Below are positions 33,536-43,259 of a stretch of 64,000 bases of DNA, piece after piece. The stretch's first letter is position 1, and each line of letters starts with the position of its first letter. A program made the position numbers and the translations under genes. Origin of the DNA: Acidobacteriota bacterium (lineage in GTDB: Bacteria > Acidobacteriota > Vicinamibacteria > Vicinamibacterales > CAVVIG01); the NCBI GenBank assembly GCA_039931615.1, contig JBDTRR010000013.1, positions 28,386 through 92,385 on the forward strand. The letters run 5' to 3'. A model generated the notes under the pieces. The model ran no database searches. It saw only the letters and a program-made list of their open reading frames with translations, and was not told where the DNA came from.

Positions 33536-34027
33536 ATGCGCGCGCGCGCCCTGCCGCTCCTGATCGCTCTCGTCGTGTGCGTGGGATGCACTCCGCCGGT
33601 CGATCTCGCGACCGGTCTCCAGGTCAACGATGTCACCACGGGATGGTTCGACGCCGGCATCGTCAACGGCCAGACCAAGCTGGTGCCGACGGTCACCTTC
33701 ACGATCAAGAACGTCTCCGATCAGAAACTGGTGGTCCTCCAGGTCAACGCCGTGTTCCGGCGGGTCACCGAAAAGGATGAATGGGGCGCCGGATTCCTCA
33801 ACGTCGCCGGATCGGAAGGCCTGGCGCCGGGCATGACGGCCGGGCCCCTGACCATCCGGTCACAGCTTGGCTACACCGGCAGCGAACAGACCCGCGAGGA
33901 CATGCTGAACAACAGCCACTTCGTCGACGCCGAGGTCGAACTGTTCGCCAAGTACGCGTCGGAACAATGGAAGCGTGTGGCCGAGTCCAAGATTTCCCGG
34001 CGTCTGCTCATCAAGCAGCAGAAATAA
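33536..34027 (+). CDS. Hypothetical lipoprotein
   Basis: The sequence begins MRARALPLLIALVVCVGCTPP, with a lipobox. The 163-aa body looks beta-rich. Confidence 0.6.
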   Translation: MRARALPLLIALVVCVGCTPPVDLATGLQVNDVTTGWFDAGIVNGQTKLVPTVTFTIKNVSDQKLVVLQVNAVFRRVTEKDEWGAGFLNVAGSEGLAPGMTAGPLTIRSQLGYTGSEQTREDMLNNSHFVDAEVELFAKYASEQWKRVAESKISRRLLIKQQK

Positions 34028-34058
34028 GGGCAAGGCAAAAGTCGATTCTGCCTTGCCC
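34028..34058. terminator. Bidirectional stem-loop between convergent genes
   Basis: GGGCAAGGCA-aaagtcgattc-TGCCTTGCCC is a perfect 10-bp stem. It is followed by tttgcccttt on the + strand and ttatttc on the - strand. Confidence 0.6.
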
Positions 34059-34072
34059 TTTGCCCTTTCACT

Positions 34073-34930
34073 CTAATTCTTCCTCATCTCTCCTCGGTAC
34101 GTCACCGTCTGGTCGGGTGTGATGCGCACGTCGACCATCAGCGTCTCGTACTCCGGGGCGCGGATCTCGAGGCGGTGCGGACCGGCGGCCAGGTGCAGAC
34201 GCTGCAGCACGCCGTCGTAGTCGTCGACGTGGCCGACAAAGTAGCCGTCGACGTAGACCGACGCCTCCCTCGGTTTTACCTTGATTCTGACCGCGCCGTC
34301 GTCGTCCTGATCCGAATAGGAGCGGCCGCCGCCGCCGTAGGGGCCGTACCCGTACCCGCCGTAGCCGCCATATCCGCTCCCATAGCCGTACGGATCGAAC
34401 GGATCGTAATAATAGCCGCCGTAGTACCCGCCGAGGCCGAGGCCGCCGTAGCCCCACGGGTAGAATCCGTAGCCGCCGGGGACGACGATGACGCCGCTGC
34501 CGCCGCCCCGACCGGCCGGTGGGGTGCGGCGCGCCACCGCAGTGCCCACGCCCGGCTGATCGCCGCGCTGCCGCCGGCCGGCCGCGGCCTCGCCGCTCCC
34601 CGATTGGGGTTGTCCGGCATCTTCTCCGGTCGTGCTCCTGCCGCTCGAGCCTGATCCGCCGCCGGCCGTCCGCGTGCCGCCGTCACGCGGCACCGCCGTG
34701 CCGGTCCGTTCGCCGTCGCCGCCGCGCGACCGCTGACCGCCACTGGGCCTCGAAGCGGGAGGCGCCGCGGGAGCCGGGGCCGGCGCACTCGCCGCCGGCT
34801 GGCCGCGCGGCACCGCCCTTTCCTGCGCGCCGGCTGCGGCAGGCACGACCAGAAGCCACGCCGGGGCGGCAATCGCCACCGCGAGGCGGGCCCAGGAGGA
34901 AGCTCTATTTTTCATGGATGGGTTCTTCAT
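34073..34930 (-). CDS. Secreted Gly/Tyr-rich low-complexity protein with C-terminal PEGA domain
   Basis: ORF 34073..35377. The ATG at 34930 (or 34915) follows GAGGGA. The signal peptide is WARLAVAIAAPAWLLVVPAAAGAQ. The G/Y tract is GGYGFYPWGYGGLGLGGYYGGYYYDPFDPYGYGSGYGGYGGYGYGPYGGGG. The PEGA-like tail is GAVRIKVKPREASVYVDGYFVG...GPHRLEIRAPEYE. Confidence 0.75.
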   Translation of the reverse strand: MKNPSMKNRASSWARLAVAIAAPAWLLVVPAAAGAQERAVPRGQPAASAPAPAPAAPPASRPSGGQRSRGGDGERTGTAVPRDGGTRTAGGGSGSSGRSTTGEDAGQPQSGSGEAAAGRRQRGDQPGVGTAVARRTPPAGRGGGSGVIVVPGGYGFYPWGYGGLGLGGYYGGYYYDPFDPYGYGSGYGGYGGYGYGPYGGGGRSYSDQDDDGAVRIKVKPREASVYVDGYFVGHVDDYDGVLQRLHLAAGPHRLEIRAPEYETLMVDVRITPDQTVTYRGEMRKN

Positions 34931-35011
34931 GGATTCGTCCCTCTGATCCGGCTGATGCCGGGCGTTCGCATGCCGCGTCCAGCTGACAGACGGACCGATG
35001 ATATAGACCGA

Positions 35012-35026
35012 GCAATGCCGCTGCCA
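35012..35026 (-). promoter_or_regulatory. Sigma-54 (-24/-12) promoter candidate
   Basis: The minus strand reads TGGCAG-cggca-TTGCT with GG-N10-GC spacing. It lies ~82 nt upstream of the PEGA-protein ATG. GGCGGCGTTGT direct repeats lie further upstream (35040-35100). Confidence 0.5.
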
Positions 35027-35278
35027 ACGCATCCCGATCGGCGGCGTTGTTTTTGGCGTCAAAACACGCCTCGCCCCGCATCGCGGCGCGGCGGCGTTGT
35101 CCACCCCTGGCTTCACGCGTCCCGTTTTCCAGACACCGTGAGGGCCGCGTCTGATGATGAGAATGACACCGCCAGGACGACGGCGCTTGGCGTCTAACCG
35201 GCCGGGCAATCGCGGTAAGATTGAAATGGCCACCCTCTCCGCGGCGCCGCCGCGCATGACTCGGGTCAGAACAGGTCG

Positions 35279-35806
35279 ATGATCCACAGCACAACGATTC
35301 TGGCGGTGCGTCACCGCGATCGGGCGGTGATCGCCGGGGATGGTCAGGTCACGCTCGGCCAGACCGTCGTCAAGCACAACGCGCGCAAGGTCCGACGGCT
35401 CTACAACGACCGGATTCTGGCCGGGTTTGCCGGTTCGGCCGCCGACTCCTTCGCGCTCTTCTCACGCTTCGAATCCAAGCTCGAGCAGTATCGCGGCAAC
35501 CTGGAACGCTCGGCGGTCGAGCTCGCCAAGGACTGGCGCACCGATCGCATCCTGCGCCGCCTGGAAGCGATGCTGATCGTGCTCGACAAATCAACCACCT
35601 TCCTGCTGTCGGGCAACGGCGACCTGATCGAGCCCGACGATGGGATTGTGGCGATCGGATCGGGGGGGCCGTACGCGCTGGCGGCCGCCAAGGCGCTCGC
35701 CAGCAACACGGACCTCGATGCGCACGCCATTGCCGAGAAGGCGATGGCGATTGCCGGCGAGATCTGCATCTATACCAACGCGACGATCGCGTTCGAAGAA
35801 TTGTAG
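35279..35806 (+). CDS. hslV: ATP-dependent protease subunit HslV
   Basis: The sequence begins [27 protein letters not shown], with the N-terminal Thr after processing. [10 protein letters not shown] and [11 protein letters not shown] also match. Confidence 0.95.
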   Translation: MIHSTTILAVRHRDRAVIAGDGQVTLGQTVVKHNARKVRRLYNDRILAGFAGSAADSFALFSRFESKLEQYRGNLERSAVELAKDWRTDRILRRLEAMLIVLDKSTTFLLSGNGDLIEPDDGIVAIGSGGPYALAAAKALASNTDLDAHAIAEKAMAIAGEICIYTNATIAFEEL

Positions 35807-35812
35807 GATCTG

Positions 35813-37192
35813 GTGCCGATCTACCTGCCCGAATCGACGCTGACGTCGACCGATGCCCTGACGCCGCGACAGATCGTCATCGAGCTCGACAAATACGTGA
35901 TCGGCCAGACGGCAGCCAAGCGGGCGGTGGCGATCGCGCTGCGTAACCGGATGCGGCGCCAGAAGCTGTCGCCGGAGCTGGCCGAGGAGATCGCGCCGAA
36001 GAACATCCTGATGATCGGGCCGACCGGCGTCGGCAAGACCGAGATCGCGCGGCGGCTCGCCCGGCTGGCGCAGTCGCCGTTCGTCAAGGTCGAGGCGTCG
36101 AAGTTCACCGAGGTCGGCTACGTCGGCCGCGACGTCGAGTCGATGGTCCGCGATCTGGTCGAGCTGGCGGTCGACATGGTCCGCGAGGAGCGGCTCGAGG
36201 AAGTGCGCGGCAAGGCGGCGCAGAATGCCGAAGAGCGGCTGCTCGACGTCCTGCTGCCGCCGGCGCGGCCGGCCGCCCCGGACGAGGACGCCGCCGGCGC
36301 CCGCGATCAGCAGAATCAGACCCGCGAGCGCTTTCGCGAACAGCTCCGCGCCGGCCGGCTCGACCAGCGCGTCGTCGAGCTCGACGTCCGCGAAAAATCG
36401 TTCCCGTCCTTCGAGATCATTGCCGGGTCCAATGTCGAGGAAGTCGACATCAATCTCAAGGACATGCTGCCCGGACTGTTCCAGGGCCGTACCAAGAAGC
36501 GGCGCGTCAAGGTGCCCGAGGCGCTCGCCTACCTGACGCAGGAGGAGGAGCAGAAGCTGATCGACATGGACAGCGTGGCGCGGACCGCGGTCGAGCGCGT
36601 CGAGCAGGCCGGCATCATCTTCCTCGACGAGATCGACAAGATCGCGGGGCGAGAAGGCGGGCACGGGCCCGACGTCAGCCGTGAAGGAGTCCAGCGCGAC
36701 ATCCTGCCGATCGTCGAAGGCACCACCGTCAACAGCAAGTACGGCATGGTCCGCACCGATCACATCCTGTTCATCGCCGCCGGCGCGTTTCACGTCTCGA
36801 AGCCGTCCGACCTGATCCCCGAGCTGCAGGGCCGCTTTCCGATCCGCGTCGAGCTCCAGCCGCTCGGGCGCGACGAGTTCATCCGCATCCTGACCGAGCC
36901 GCGCAGCGCCCTGGTCAAGCAGTACATCGCGCTGCTGGACACCGAAGGGATCGCCATCCGGTTCACCGCCGATGCGATCGAGCGGATCGCCGACTTCGCG
37001 ACCATCGTCAACGACCGGACCGAGAACATCGGCGCGCGCCGGCTGCACACGGTGATGGAGAAGCTGCTCGACGAGATCTCGTTCGAGGGGCCCGACCTGG
37101 TCGAGAAGGACGTCACCATCGACGCGGCGTATGTCGACCGGATGCTGGCCGAAATCGTCAAGAACGAAGACTTGTCCCGGTACATTCTTTGA
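35813..37192 (+). CDS. hslU: ATP-dependent protease ATPase subunit HslU
   Basis: GTG start. Matching segments are [34 protein letters not shown], the Walker [26 protein letters not shown] and a canonical C-terminus (...DLSRYIL). Confidence 0.96.
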   Translation: MPIYLPESTLTSTDALTPRQIVIELDKYVIGQTAAKRAVAIALRNRMRRQKLSPELAEEIAPKNILMIGPTGVGKTEIARRLARLAQSPFVKVEASKFTEVGYVGRDVESMVRDLVELAVDMVREERLEEVRGKAAQNAEERLLDVLLPPARPAAPDEDAAGARDQQNQTRERFREQLRAGRLDQRVVELDVREKSFPSFEIIAGSNVEEVDINLKDMLPGLFQGRTKKRRVKVPEALAYLTQEEEQKLIDMDSVARTAVERVEQAGIIFLDEIDKIAGREGGHGPDVSREGVQRDILPIVEGTTVNSKYGMVRTDHILFIAAGAFHVSKPSDLIPELQGRFPIRVELQPLGRDEFIRILTEPRSALVKQYIALLDTEGIAIRFTADAIERIADFATIVNDRTENIGARRLHTVMEKLLDEISFEGPDLVEKDVTIDAAYVDRMLAEIVKNEDLSRYIL

Positions 37193-37213
37193 GACCCGAA
37201 TTCAGACGAGGTC

Positions 37214-37335
37214 CGCCGAGGACGCCGAGGACGCCGGGAGTGGAGCGGACCAGCGAACACTTCCGCCATGGACAGTCCTGTCTCCGTGGGCCGGGCCGGC
37301 GGTGGGTTGGCGCGGCGACCTCGGCGTCCTCGGCG
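37214..37335. repeat. Inverted repeat with tandem-word arms (CGCCGAGGA x2) flanking an 88-bp core
   Basis: CGCCGAGGACGCCGAGG at 37214-37230 is perfectly complementary to CCTCGGCGTCCTCGGCG at 37319-37335. A central small palindrome GACAGtcCTGTC lies at 37271-37282. Confidence 0.8.
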
Positions 37336-38592
37336 TTGCTCATCACTGTTCTCGCCATGACCGCCTGCGGGAAGCGCGGCGCTCCGCTGCCGCCGCTGGT
37401 CCGGGTGCCGGCGGCGCCGGCCGACTTCACGGTCGAGCGGCGCGGCGACGACGTCACGCTGCAGTTCAAGGTGCCGGCCGCCAACACCGACGGCTCGAGG
37501 CCGGCCAACATCGAGCGGATCGACGTCTACGCCTTCACCGGATCGGCCGCCGTCAGCAACGAGCAGCTGGTCAAGTTCGGCATGAAGGTCGCGAGCCTGC
37601 CGGTGAAGGCGCCGCGCGATCCCGATGCGGCGACGGAGAGCGGCGAGGCGGTCGAGGAGCCGGATCTGGAGGCGGAAGGGCTCGATCAGGGGGCGGTGGC
37701 CAAGCTCGAGGATCCGCTGACGCCGGCGGCGTTCCGGTCCGTCGTGCTCCCGGAGGAGAAAATAGACAGGAGCCAGGACCGCCCGAACGCCTCCCGAGTG
37801 GGGACGCCGCTGGTCGGCCCGCCCGGCAGGGTCGAGTCGAGGATCTACGTGCTGGTCCCGTCGAACAAGCGCGGACGCAAGGGCTCGTTCTCGCCGCGGC
37901 TGCTGGTTCCGCTCATCGCCAAGCCAGAAACGCCCGAGACGCCGGCGATCACCTACGACGAATCGGGCGTCAACGTCTCCTGGCCGCCTCCACCGGCGGT
38001 GCCGATCCAGGCGCCGGCGACCGGGGATCTGCTGCCGGGCCGGTACATCGGCATGGAGACGTCGACCTACGCCTACCACGTCTACGACGTGTCGCCGCCG
38101 GCGGCATCGGAAACGGGGACCACCGCCACGCCGCAGCTGGCCACGGAAAAGCGGCTCACCGATGAGGCGGTGGCGGAGCCGCTGTATCGCGACCCGCGGG
38201 TGGAGTGGGGCGCGACTCGCTGTTACACGGTGCGCACCTTCGAGACCATCACCGGCCTGACGCTGCAGAGCGATGCGGCGCCGCCGGCGTGCGTCACGCT
38301 GGTCGATACGTTCCCGCCCCCGGCGCCGCAGGAGCTGCAGACCGTCGCCAGCGAGGGGGCGATCGATCTGATCTGGGAACCGAGCGCTGAAAAAGACGTG
38401 ACCGGATACGTCGTGCTCCGCGGCACGGCGCCGGGCGGCCAGCTCGAGGAGATCAAGCGGCTGAGCGCGGGCGAGACCACGTTCACCGATCCGGTCAAGG
38501 CGGGCGTGCAGTACGAATACGCGGTGCAGGCGATCGACAGGGCGGGCAACGTCAGCCCGATGTCGAATCGCCAGGGGGACGCGGCCCGGTAG
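37240..38592 (+). CDS. Lipoprotein with fibronectin type III-like domains
   Basis: ORF 37189..38592, start uncertain (GTG at 37240 is possible). It has the lipobox LAMTAC. The C-terminal FN3-like segment reads [37 protein letters not shown]...[15 protein letters not shown]. Confidence 0.65.
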   Translation: MERTSEHFRHGQSCLRGPGRRWVGAATSASSALLITVLAMTACGKRGAPLPPLVRVPAAPADFTVERRGDDVTLQFKVPAANTDGSRPANIERIDVYAFTGSAAVSNEQLVKFGMKVASLPVKAPRDPDAATESGEAVEEPDLEAEGLDQGAVAKLEDPLTPAAFRSVVLPEEKIDRSQDRPNASRVGTPLVGPPGRVESRIYVLVPSNKRGRKGSFSPRLLVPLIAKPETPETPAITYDESGVNVSWPPPPAVPIQAPATGDLLPGRYIGMETSTYAYHVYDVSPPAASETGTTATPQLATEKRLTDEAVAEPLYRDPRVEWGATRCYTVRTFETITGLTLQSDAAPPACVTLVDTFPPPAPQELQTVASEGAIDLIWEPSAEKDVTGYVVLRGTAPGGQLEEIKRLSAGETTFTDPVKAGVQYEYAVQAIDRAGNVSPMSNRQGDAAR

Positions 38593-38651
38593 TCAGGCCT
38601 CGTCTAGGGGTACAATCCCGATTCTTCCATCGGCAATTCCAGGAGCACCAG

Positions 38652-39305
38652 ATGAAGCTCTTCGTCGACACCGGCAGCATCAAGGAAATCGAAGCGATCG
38701 CCGCGCTCGGCATTCTCGACGGTGTCACCACCAATCCTTCCCTGCTGGCGAAAGAGGCGGGAGATTTCCGGCAGAACCTGAAGAAGATTTGCGACATCGT
38801 CCAGGGACCGGTCAGCGGCGAGGTCACCGCGACCGACTTCGCCGGGATGATGCGCGAGGGGCACGACATCGCGAACATCGACCAGCACATGGTCGTCAAG
38901 GTGCCGCTGACCCGCGACGGCATCAAGGCCTGCAAGACGCTGTCGGGCGAAGGGATTCGCGTCAACGTGACGCTGTGCTTCTCGCCGGCGCAGGCGCTGC
39001 TCGCGGCCAAGGCAGGCGCCACGTTCGTCAGCCCGTTCGTCGGCCGCCTCGACGACGTCGGCACCAACGGCATGGAGCTGATCCGCGAGATCCTGGAGAT
39101 TTACGACAACTACGACTTCACGACCGAGGTCCTGGTCGCCAGCTGCCGGCATCCGATGCACGTGGTCGAAGCGGCGCGGATGGGCGCCGACATCGCGACC
39201 TGTCCGCCCTCGGTGATCGAGGCGCTCTACAACCATCCCCTGACCAGCATCGGCCTCGAGAAGTTCCTCAAGGACTGGGAGAAAACGCAGTCAGTCAAGG
39301 CTTGA
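38652..39305 (+). CDS. tal: Transaldolase (short, fructose-6-phosphate aldolase-type)
   Basis: AGGAG lies 6 nt upstream. Matching segments are [27 protein letters not shown] (Schiff-base Lys region) and [11 protein letters not shown]. Confidence 0.93.
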   Translation: MKLFVDTGSIKEIEAIAALGILDGVTTNPSLLAKEAGDFRQNLKKICDIVQGPVSGEVTATDFAGMMREGHDIANIDQHMVVKVPLTRDGIKACKTLSGEGIRVNVTLCFSPAQALLAAKAGATFVSPFVGRLDDVGTNGMELIREILEIYDNYDFTTEVLVASCRHPMHVVEAARMGADIATCPPSVIEALYNHPLTSIGLEKFLKDWEKTQSVKA

Positions 39306-39311
39306 GAAGGC

Positions 39312-39400
39312 GGTTGGGGACCGGAAGCCGGGGATTGGTATCGCCCTCTTGGTTCTTTCAGCCCCCGGCCCCCAGCCCCTAGCCCCAAGGCCCCAGACCC
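39312..39400. repeat. G-run arm / degenerate CCCCAG-like C-run arm
   Basis: The G-run arm is ggttggggaccggaagccggggattgg. After a spacer comes the C-run arm gcccccggcccccagcccctagccccaaggccccagaccc. It shares the CCCCAG word with 1946-1990. Confidence 0.5.
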
Positions 39401-39416
39401 GAGTCTCCAGCCACGC

Positions 39417-40958
39417 ATGAATCCTGACGAGACGCTCGCCGACCTGGAGCGCCGCGCCGAGCTGGGCGGCGGCGAAGCGCGCCTGCGCAAGCAGCAGGCG
39501 GCCGGCAAGCTGACCGCCCGCGAACGGATCGATCTGCTGTTCGATCCCGGCACCTTCGAAGAGGTCGACAAGCTCGTCACCCACCGCTGCCGCGATTTCG
39601 GGATGGCGGATCAGATCATCCCCGGCGACGGCGTGGTCGCCGGCCACGGCCTGGTCGACGGCCGCCAGGTCTTTGCCTTCGCCCAGGACTTCACCGTGTT
39701 CGGCGGCTCGCTGTCGGAGACCAACGCCGCCAAGATCGTCAAGATCATGGACCTGGCGATGAAGCTGGGATCGCCGATCGTCGGGCTGAACGACTCGGGC
39801 GGCGCACGGATTCAGGAAGGGGTGCTGTCGCTGGCCGGCTACGCCGACATTTTCCTGCGCAACACGCTCGCCTCCGGCGTCGTCCCGCAGATTTCGGCGA
39901 TCATGGGGCCGTGCGCCGGCGGCGCGGTCTATTCGCCGGCGATCACCGACTTCACCGTGATGGTCAGGAACACCAGCTACATGTTCGTGACCGGACCGGA
40001 CGTGATCAAGACGGTGACGCACGAAGAGGTGACCAAGGAAGAGCTCGGCGGCGCGATGACCCACAATGCGACCAGCGGCGTCGCGCACTTCGCGGCCGAC
40101 GACGATCGCGAGTGCCTGCGGCTGATTCGCGAGCTGCTCGGCTACCTGCCGGCCAACAACCTGGACGACCCGCCGCGGCGGGCGAGCGACGACTCGCCGG
40201 AGCGCGAGGACCCGTCGCTCGACACCCTGGTCCCGGCGGCGCCGAATCAGCCGTACGACATGCTCGACGTCATCCATGCCATCGTCGACGGCGCCGATTT
40301 CCTGGAGGTGCACCAGCACTACGCGCGCAACATCATCGTCGGGCTGGCGCGGCTCGACGGCCGCCCGATCGGGGTGGTCGCCAACCAGCCCGCCATGCTG
40401 GCCGGGACGCTGGACATCGACGCCTCGGTCAAGGCGGCCCGGTTCGTGCGGTTCTGCGACGCGTTCAACATCCCGCTGGTGACGTTCGAGGACGTGCCGG
40501 GTTTCCTGCCGGGAACGGTCCAGGAGTTCGGGGGCATCATCAAGCACGGGGCGAAACTGCTGTACGCCTTTGCCGAAGCGACGGTGCCCAAGGTGACGGT
40601 GATCACGCGCAAGGCGTACGGCGGGGCCTACTGTGTGATGTCCAGCAAGCACATCCGGACCGATTTCAACTACGCCTGGCCGACCGCTGAAATTGCCGTG
40701 ATGGGGGCGGAAGGCGCGGTCAACATCCTCTACAAGCGGGAGATCGACAAAGCGGCCGATCCGGTCCGGGCGCGCGCCGGAAAGGCCGACGAGTTCCGGC
40801 AGAAGTTCGCCAATCCCTACACGGCCGCGGCGCACGGTTTCATCGACGAAATCATTCCGCCGCGCGCGACACGCCGGAAGCTGATCACCGCCCTGCGGCG
40901 GCTCGAGAACAAGCGCGACAGCAACCCCCCGAAGAAGCACGGGAATATCCCGCTGTAG
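39417..40958 (+). CDS. Acyl-CoA carboxylase carboxyltransferase (beta) subunit, PccB/AccD5-like
   Basis: 513 aa. Matching segments are [58 protein letters not shown] and KAYGGAY. Confidence 0.93.
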   Translation: MNPDETLADLERRAELGGGEARLRKQQAAGKLTARERIDLLFDPGTFEEVDKLVTHRCRDFGMADQIIPGDGVVAGHGLVDGRQVFAFAQDFTVFGGSLSETNAAKIVKIMDLAMKLGSPIVGLNDSGGARIQEGVLSLAGYADIFLRNTLASGVVPQISAIMGPCAGGAVYSPAITDFTVMVRNTSYMFVTGPDVIKTVTHEEVTKEELGGAMTHNATSGVAHFAADDDRECLRLIRELLGYLPANNLDDPPRRASDDSPEREDPSLDTLVPAAPNQPYDMLDVIHAIVDGADFLEVHQHYARNIIVGLARLDGRPIGVVANQPAMLAGTLDIDASVKAARFVRFCDAFNIPLVTFEDVPGFLPGTVQEFGGIIKHGAKLLYAFAEATVPKVTVITRKAYGGAYCVMSSKHIRTDFNYAWPTAEIAVMGAEGAVNILYKREIDKAADPVRARAGKADEFRQKFANPYTAAAHGFIDEIIPPRATRRKLITALRRLENKRDSNPPKKHGNIPL

Positions 40959-40961
40959 GAG

Positions 40962-41051
40962 TCGGACGTAGGGTCCGGCTTCAGCCGGACCGTGGGAGGT
41001 CCGCCTGAAGGCGGACACTACGTACGGACCTGAAGGCGGATGCTCCGTACG
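40962..41051. repeat. Cluster of GC-rich REP-like hairpins
   Basis: GGTCCGGCttcaGCCGGACC lies at 40972-40991. GTCCGCCtgaaGGCGGAC lies at 40999-41016. CGTACGGA...TCCGTACG lies at 41021-41050. It sits between the carboxyltransferase and biotin carboxylase genes. Confidence 0.8.
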
Positions 41052-41088
41052 GAATGGATGCCCCGAAGAAGTAGAATTGTCCGTTCCG

Positions 41089-42642
41089 GTGAAGAAGATT
41101 CTGATTGCCAACCGCGGGGAGATAGCGGTCCGCATCATCCGCGCCTGCCGCGAGATGGGGTTGTCGCCGGTCGCGGTCTACTCGGAATGCGATCGCGCGG
41201 CGCCGCACGTCCGCGCCGCTGACGAGGCCTATCCGATCGGTCCGAGCGCGCCGCGCGACAGCTACCTGCGCGCCGACAAGCTGGTCGACGCCGCCCGCCG
41301 ATCCGGCGCCGATGCCGTGCACCCCGGTTATGGCTTCCTGGCCGAAAACGCCGCGTTCGCGGCGGCCGTCCGCGATGCCGGGTTGACGTTCATCGGCCCG
41401 ACGCCAGAGGCGATCGCGCTGATGGGCAGCAAGACCGCGGCGCGCGCCGCGGCGCAGCGCGCCGGGGTGCCGGTGGTGCCGGGGACCGCAGCGCCGCTGG
41501 CCGCCACGGCGGCGGAGTCCGACCTGGTCCGGACGGCGGACGGGATCGGCTATCCGCTCCTGGTGAAGGCGGTGTCCGGCGGTGGCGGCAAGGGGATGCG
41601 CACCGTCGCCGGTCCCGACGATCTGTCCGCCGCCGTTGCCGCCGCCCGCTCCGAAGCCGGCACGGCGTTCGGCGATGCCGCCGTGTATCTCGAGCGTCAG
41701 CTGGTGCGGCCGCGCCACGTCGAGGTGCAGCTGCTCGGCGACGATCACGGCACCATCGTCCCGTTCGTCGAGCGCGAATGCTCGATTCAGCGCCGGCATC
41801 AGAAGCTGGTCGAGGAGTCCCCCTCGCTGGCGGTGTCTCCGGCGTTGCGCCGGGCGATGACGTCGGCGGCCGCCGCCGTCGCGCGCACCGTCGGCTACAC
41901 CAGCGCCGGCACGATTGAGTTCCTGCTCGACGGCGATGGCCGGTTCTATTTCCTGGAAATGAACACCCGGCTCCAGGTCGAGCACCCGGTCACCGAGATG
42001 GTGACCGGTCTCGATCTGGTGCGGTGGCAGATCCGCATCGCCCGCGGCGAGCGTCTCGACATCGATCCCGACGCGGCGCTGGCGCCGGCCGGCCACGCGA
42101 TTGAGTGCCGGGTCTACGCCGAGGATCCGGACAACAATTTCCTGCCCTCGCCCGGCCGGATCAATCAGCTGCGCGCGCCGGCCGGTCCCGGTATTCGTGA
42201 CGAGAGCGGCACCGGCGCCGGACTCGACGTCCCGATCTACTACGATCCGCTGATCTCGAAGCTGGTCGCGTGGGCCGAGGATCGCCCGCAGGCGATCGCG
42301 CGGCTGCGCCGCGCACTGGGCGAGTATCTGGTCACGGGCATCCACACGACGCTGCCGTTCCTGGGCTGGCTGCTCGCCCAGCCGGACTTCGCCGCCGGCC
42401 GTTTTCATACCACCTATCTCGACGACGTGTTGAAGACGCGCAGCGGGCGGCCGTTTGGCGAACCGGGCCGCGAGGTGGAAGAGGTCGCGATCATCGGCGC
42501 GGCGATCCAGGCATCGCTGGCGCGTGGTGGGGCGGACGATGCTCCGGGAACGGCGCTGCGCCCGGCCGATCGATGGAAGACGCAGGCCCGTCTCGGCGCG
42601 CTCCGGAAGGGCGGTCGCGTCGGGCGGGGAACGCGATGGTAG
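41089..42642 (+). CDS. accC: Biotin carboxylase subunit of acyl-CoA carboxylase
   Basis: ORF 41077..42642. The GTG at 41089 gives MKKILIANRGEIAVRIIRACREMG. Other matches are HPGYGFLAEN, the GGGGKGM glycine loop and EMNTRLQVEHPVTE. It has a ~60-aa C-terminal extension. Confidence 0.93.
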   Translation: MKKILIANRGEIAVRIIRACREMGLSPVAVYSECDRAAPHVRAADEAYPIGPSAPRDSYLRADKLVDAARRSGADAVHPGYGFLAENAAFAAAVRDAGLTFIGPTPEAIALMGSKTAARAAAQRAGVPVVPGTAAPLAATAAESDLVRTADGIGYPLLVKAVSGGGGKGMRTVAGPDDLSAAVAAARSEAGTAFGDAAVYLERQLVRPRHVEVQLLGDDHGTIVPFVERECSIQRRHQKLVEESPSLAVSPALRRAMTSAAAAVARTVGYTSAGTIEFLLDGDGRFYFLEMNTRLQVEHPVTEMVTGLDLVRWQIRIARGERLDIDPDAALAPAGHAIECRVYAEDPDNNFLPSPGRINQLRAPAGPGIRDESGTGAGLDVPIYYDPLISKLVAWAEDRPQAIARLRRALGEYLVTGIHTTLPFLGWLLAQPDFAAGRFHTTYLDDVLKTRSGRPFGEPGREVEEVAIIGAAIQASLARGGADDAPGTALRPADRWKTQARLGALRKGGRVGRGTRW

Positions 42643-42701
42643 GGAGAGACCGCGTGCTCGGGCCGCTGGCGTGACGCCGGCGGCGAAGGATTCTGGAGCG
42701 C

Positions 42702-43259
42702 ATGCACTACGAGGTCGAAGTCAACGGGCGCCCGCGGCAGGTCGACGTCACGCGCACCGCCGACGGTTTTGCCGTCGTGGTCGATGGCCGCCGCCGACAG
42801 GTCGACGTGGCGCGGATCGATGCGAACACGCTGTCGCTGTTGATTGACGGCGCGGCGGCGGCCGGCGGCGATCGACCGGGCCGCGACGGGCGCTGCGCCA
42901 GCCATGAGGTGGCGATCTCCCGCCCGGCCGCGTCCGGCGGCCCGCTGACGGTCTTCGTCGGCACCGCGCCGGTTGTCGTCACGCTCGACGGCGGGCGGCG
43001 CCGGCAGGCCGCCCTCGGACATCGGGCGGCGATCGGATCCGATGCCGCGCTGCGGGTGATCGCGCCGATGCCGGGGAAGGTGATCCGCGTGCTGGTTGCC
43101 GCCGGCGACGCGGTCCGGCTGCGCCAGCCGCTGGTCGTCGTCGAGGCGATGAAGATGGAGAACGAACTGCGCGCCGGCCGCGACGGCCATGTCGCGGCGA
43201 TCCACGTGCGGGAAGGCGTCTCGGTCGATGCCGGCACGCTGCTGATCGAGCTGAAGTAG
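42702..43259 (+). CDS. Biotin carboxyl carrier protein
   Basis: GGAG lies upstream. The C-terminal biotinyl domain is PMPGKVIRVLVAAGDAVRLRQPLVVVEAMKMENEL (AMKM). Confidence 0.88.
   Translation: MHYEVEVNGRPRQVDVTRTADGFAVVVDGRRRQVDVARIDANTLSLLIDGAAAAGGDRPGRDGRCASHEVAISRPAASGGPLTVFVGTAPVVVTLDGGRRRQAALGHRAAIGSDAALRVIAPMPGKVIRVLVAAGDAVRLRQPLVVVEAMKMENELRAGRDGHVAAIHVREGVSVDAGTLLIELK

Noticed and set aside
35100-35278. Heat-shock control elements (sigma-32 promoter or CIRCE) upstream of hslVU.
   Set aside because: TTGAAA at 35221 has no CCCCAT-like -10 element at the right spacing. No TTAGCACTC-N9-GAGTGCTAA inverted repeat was seen.
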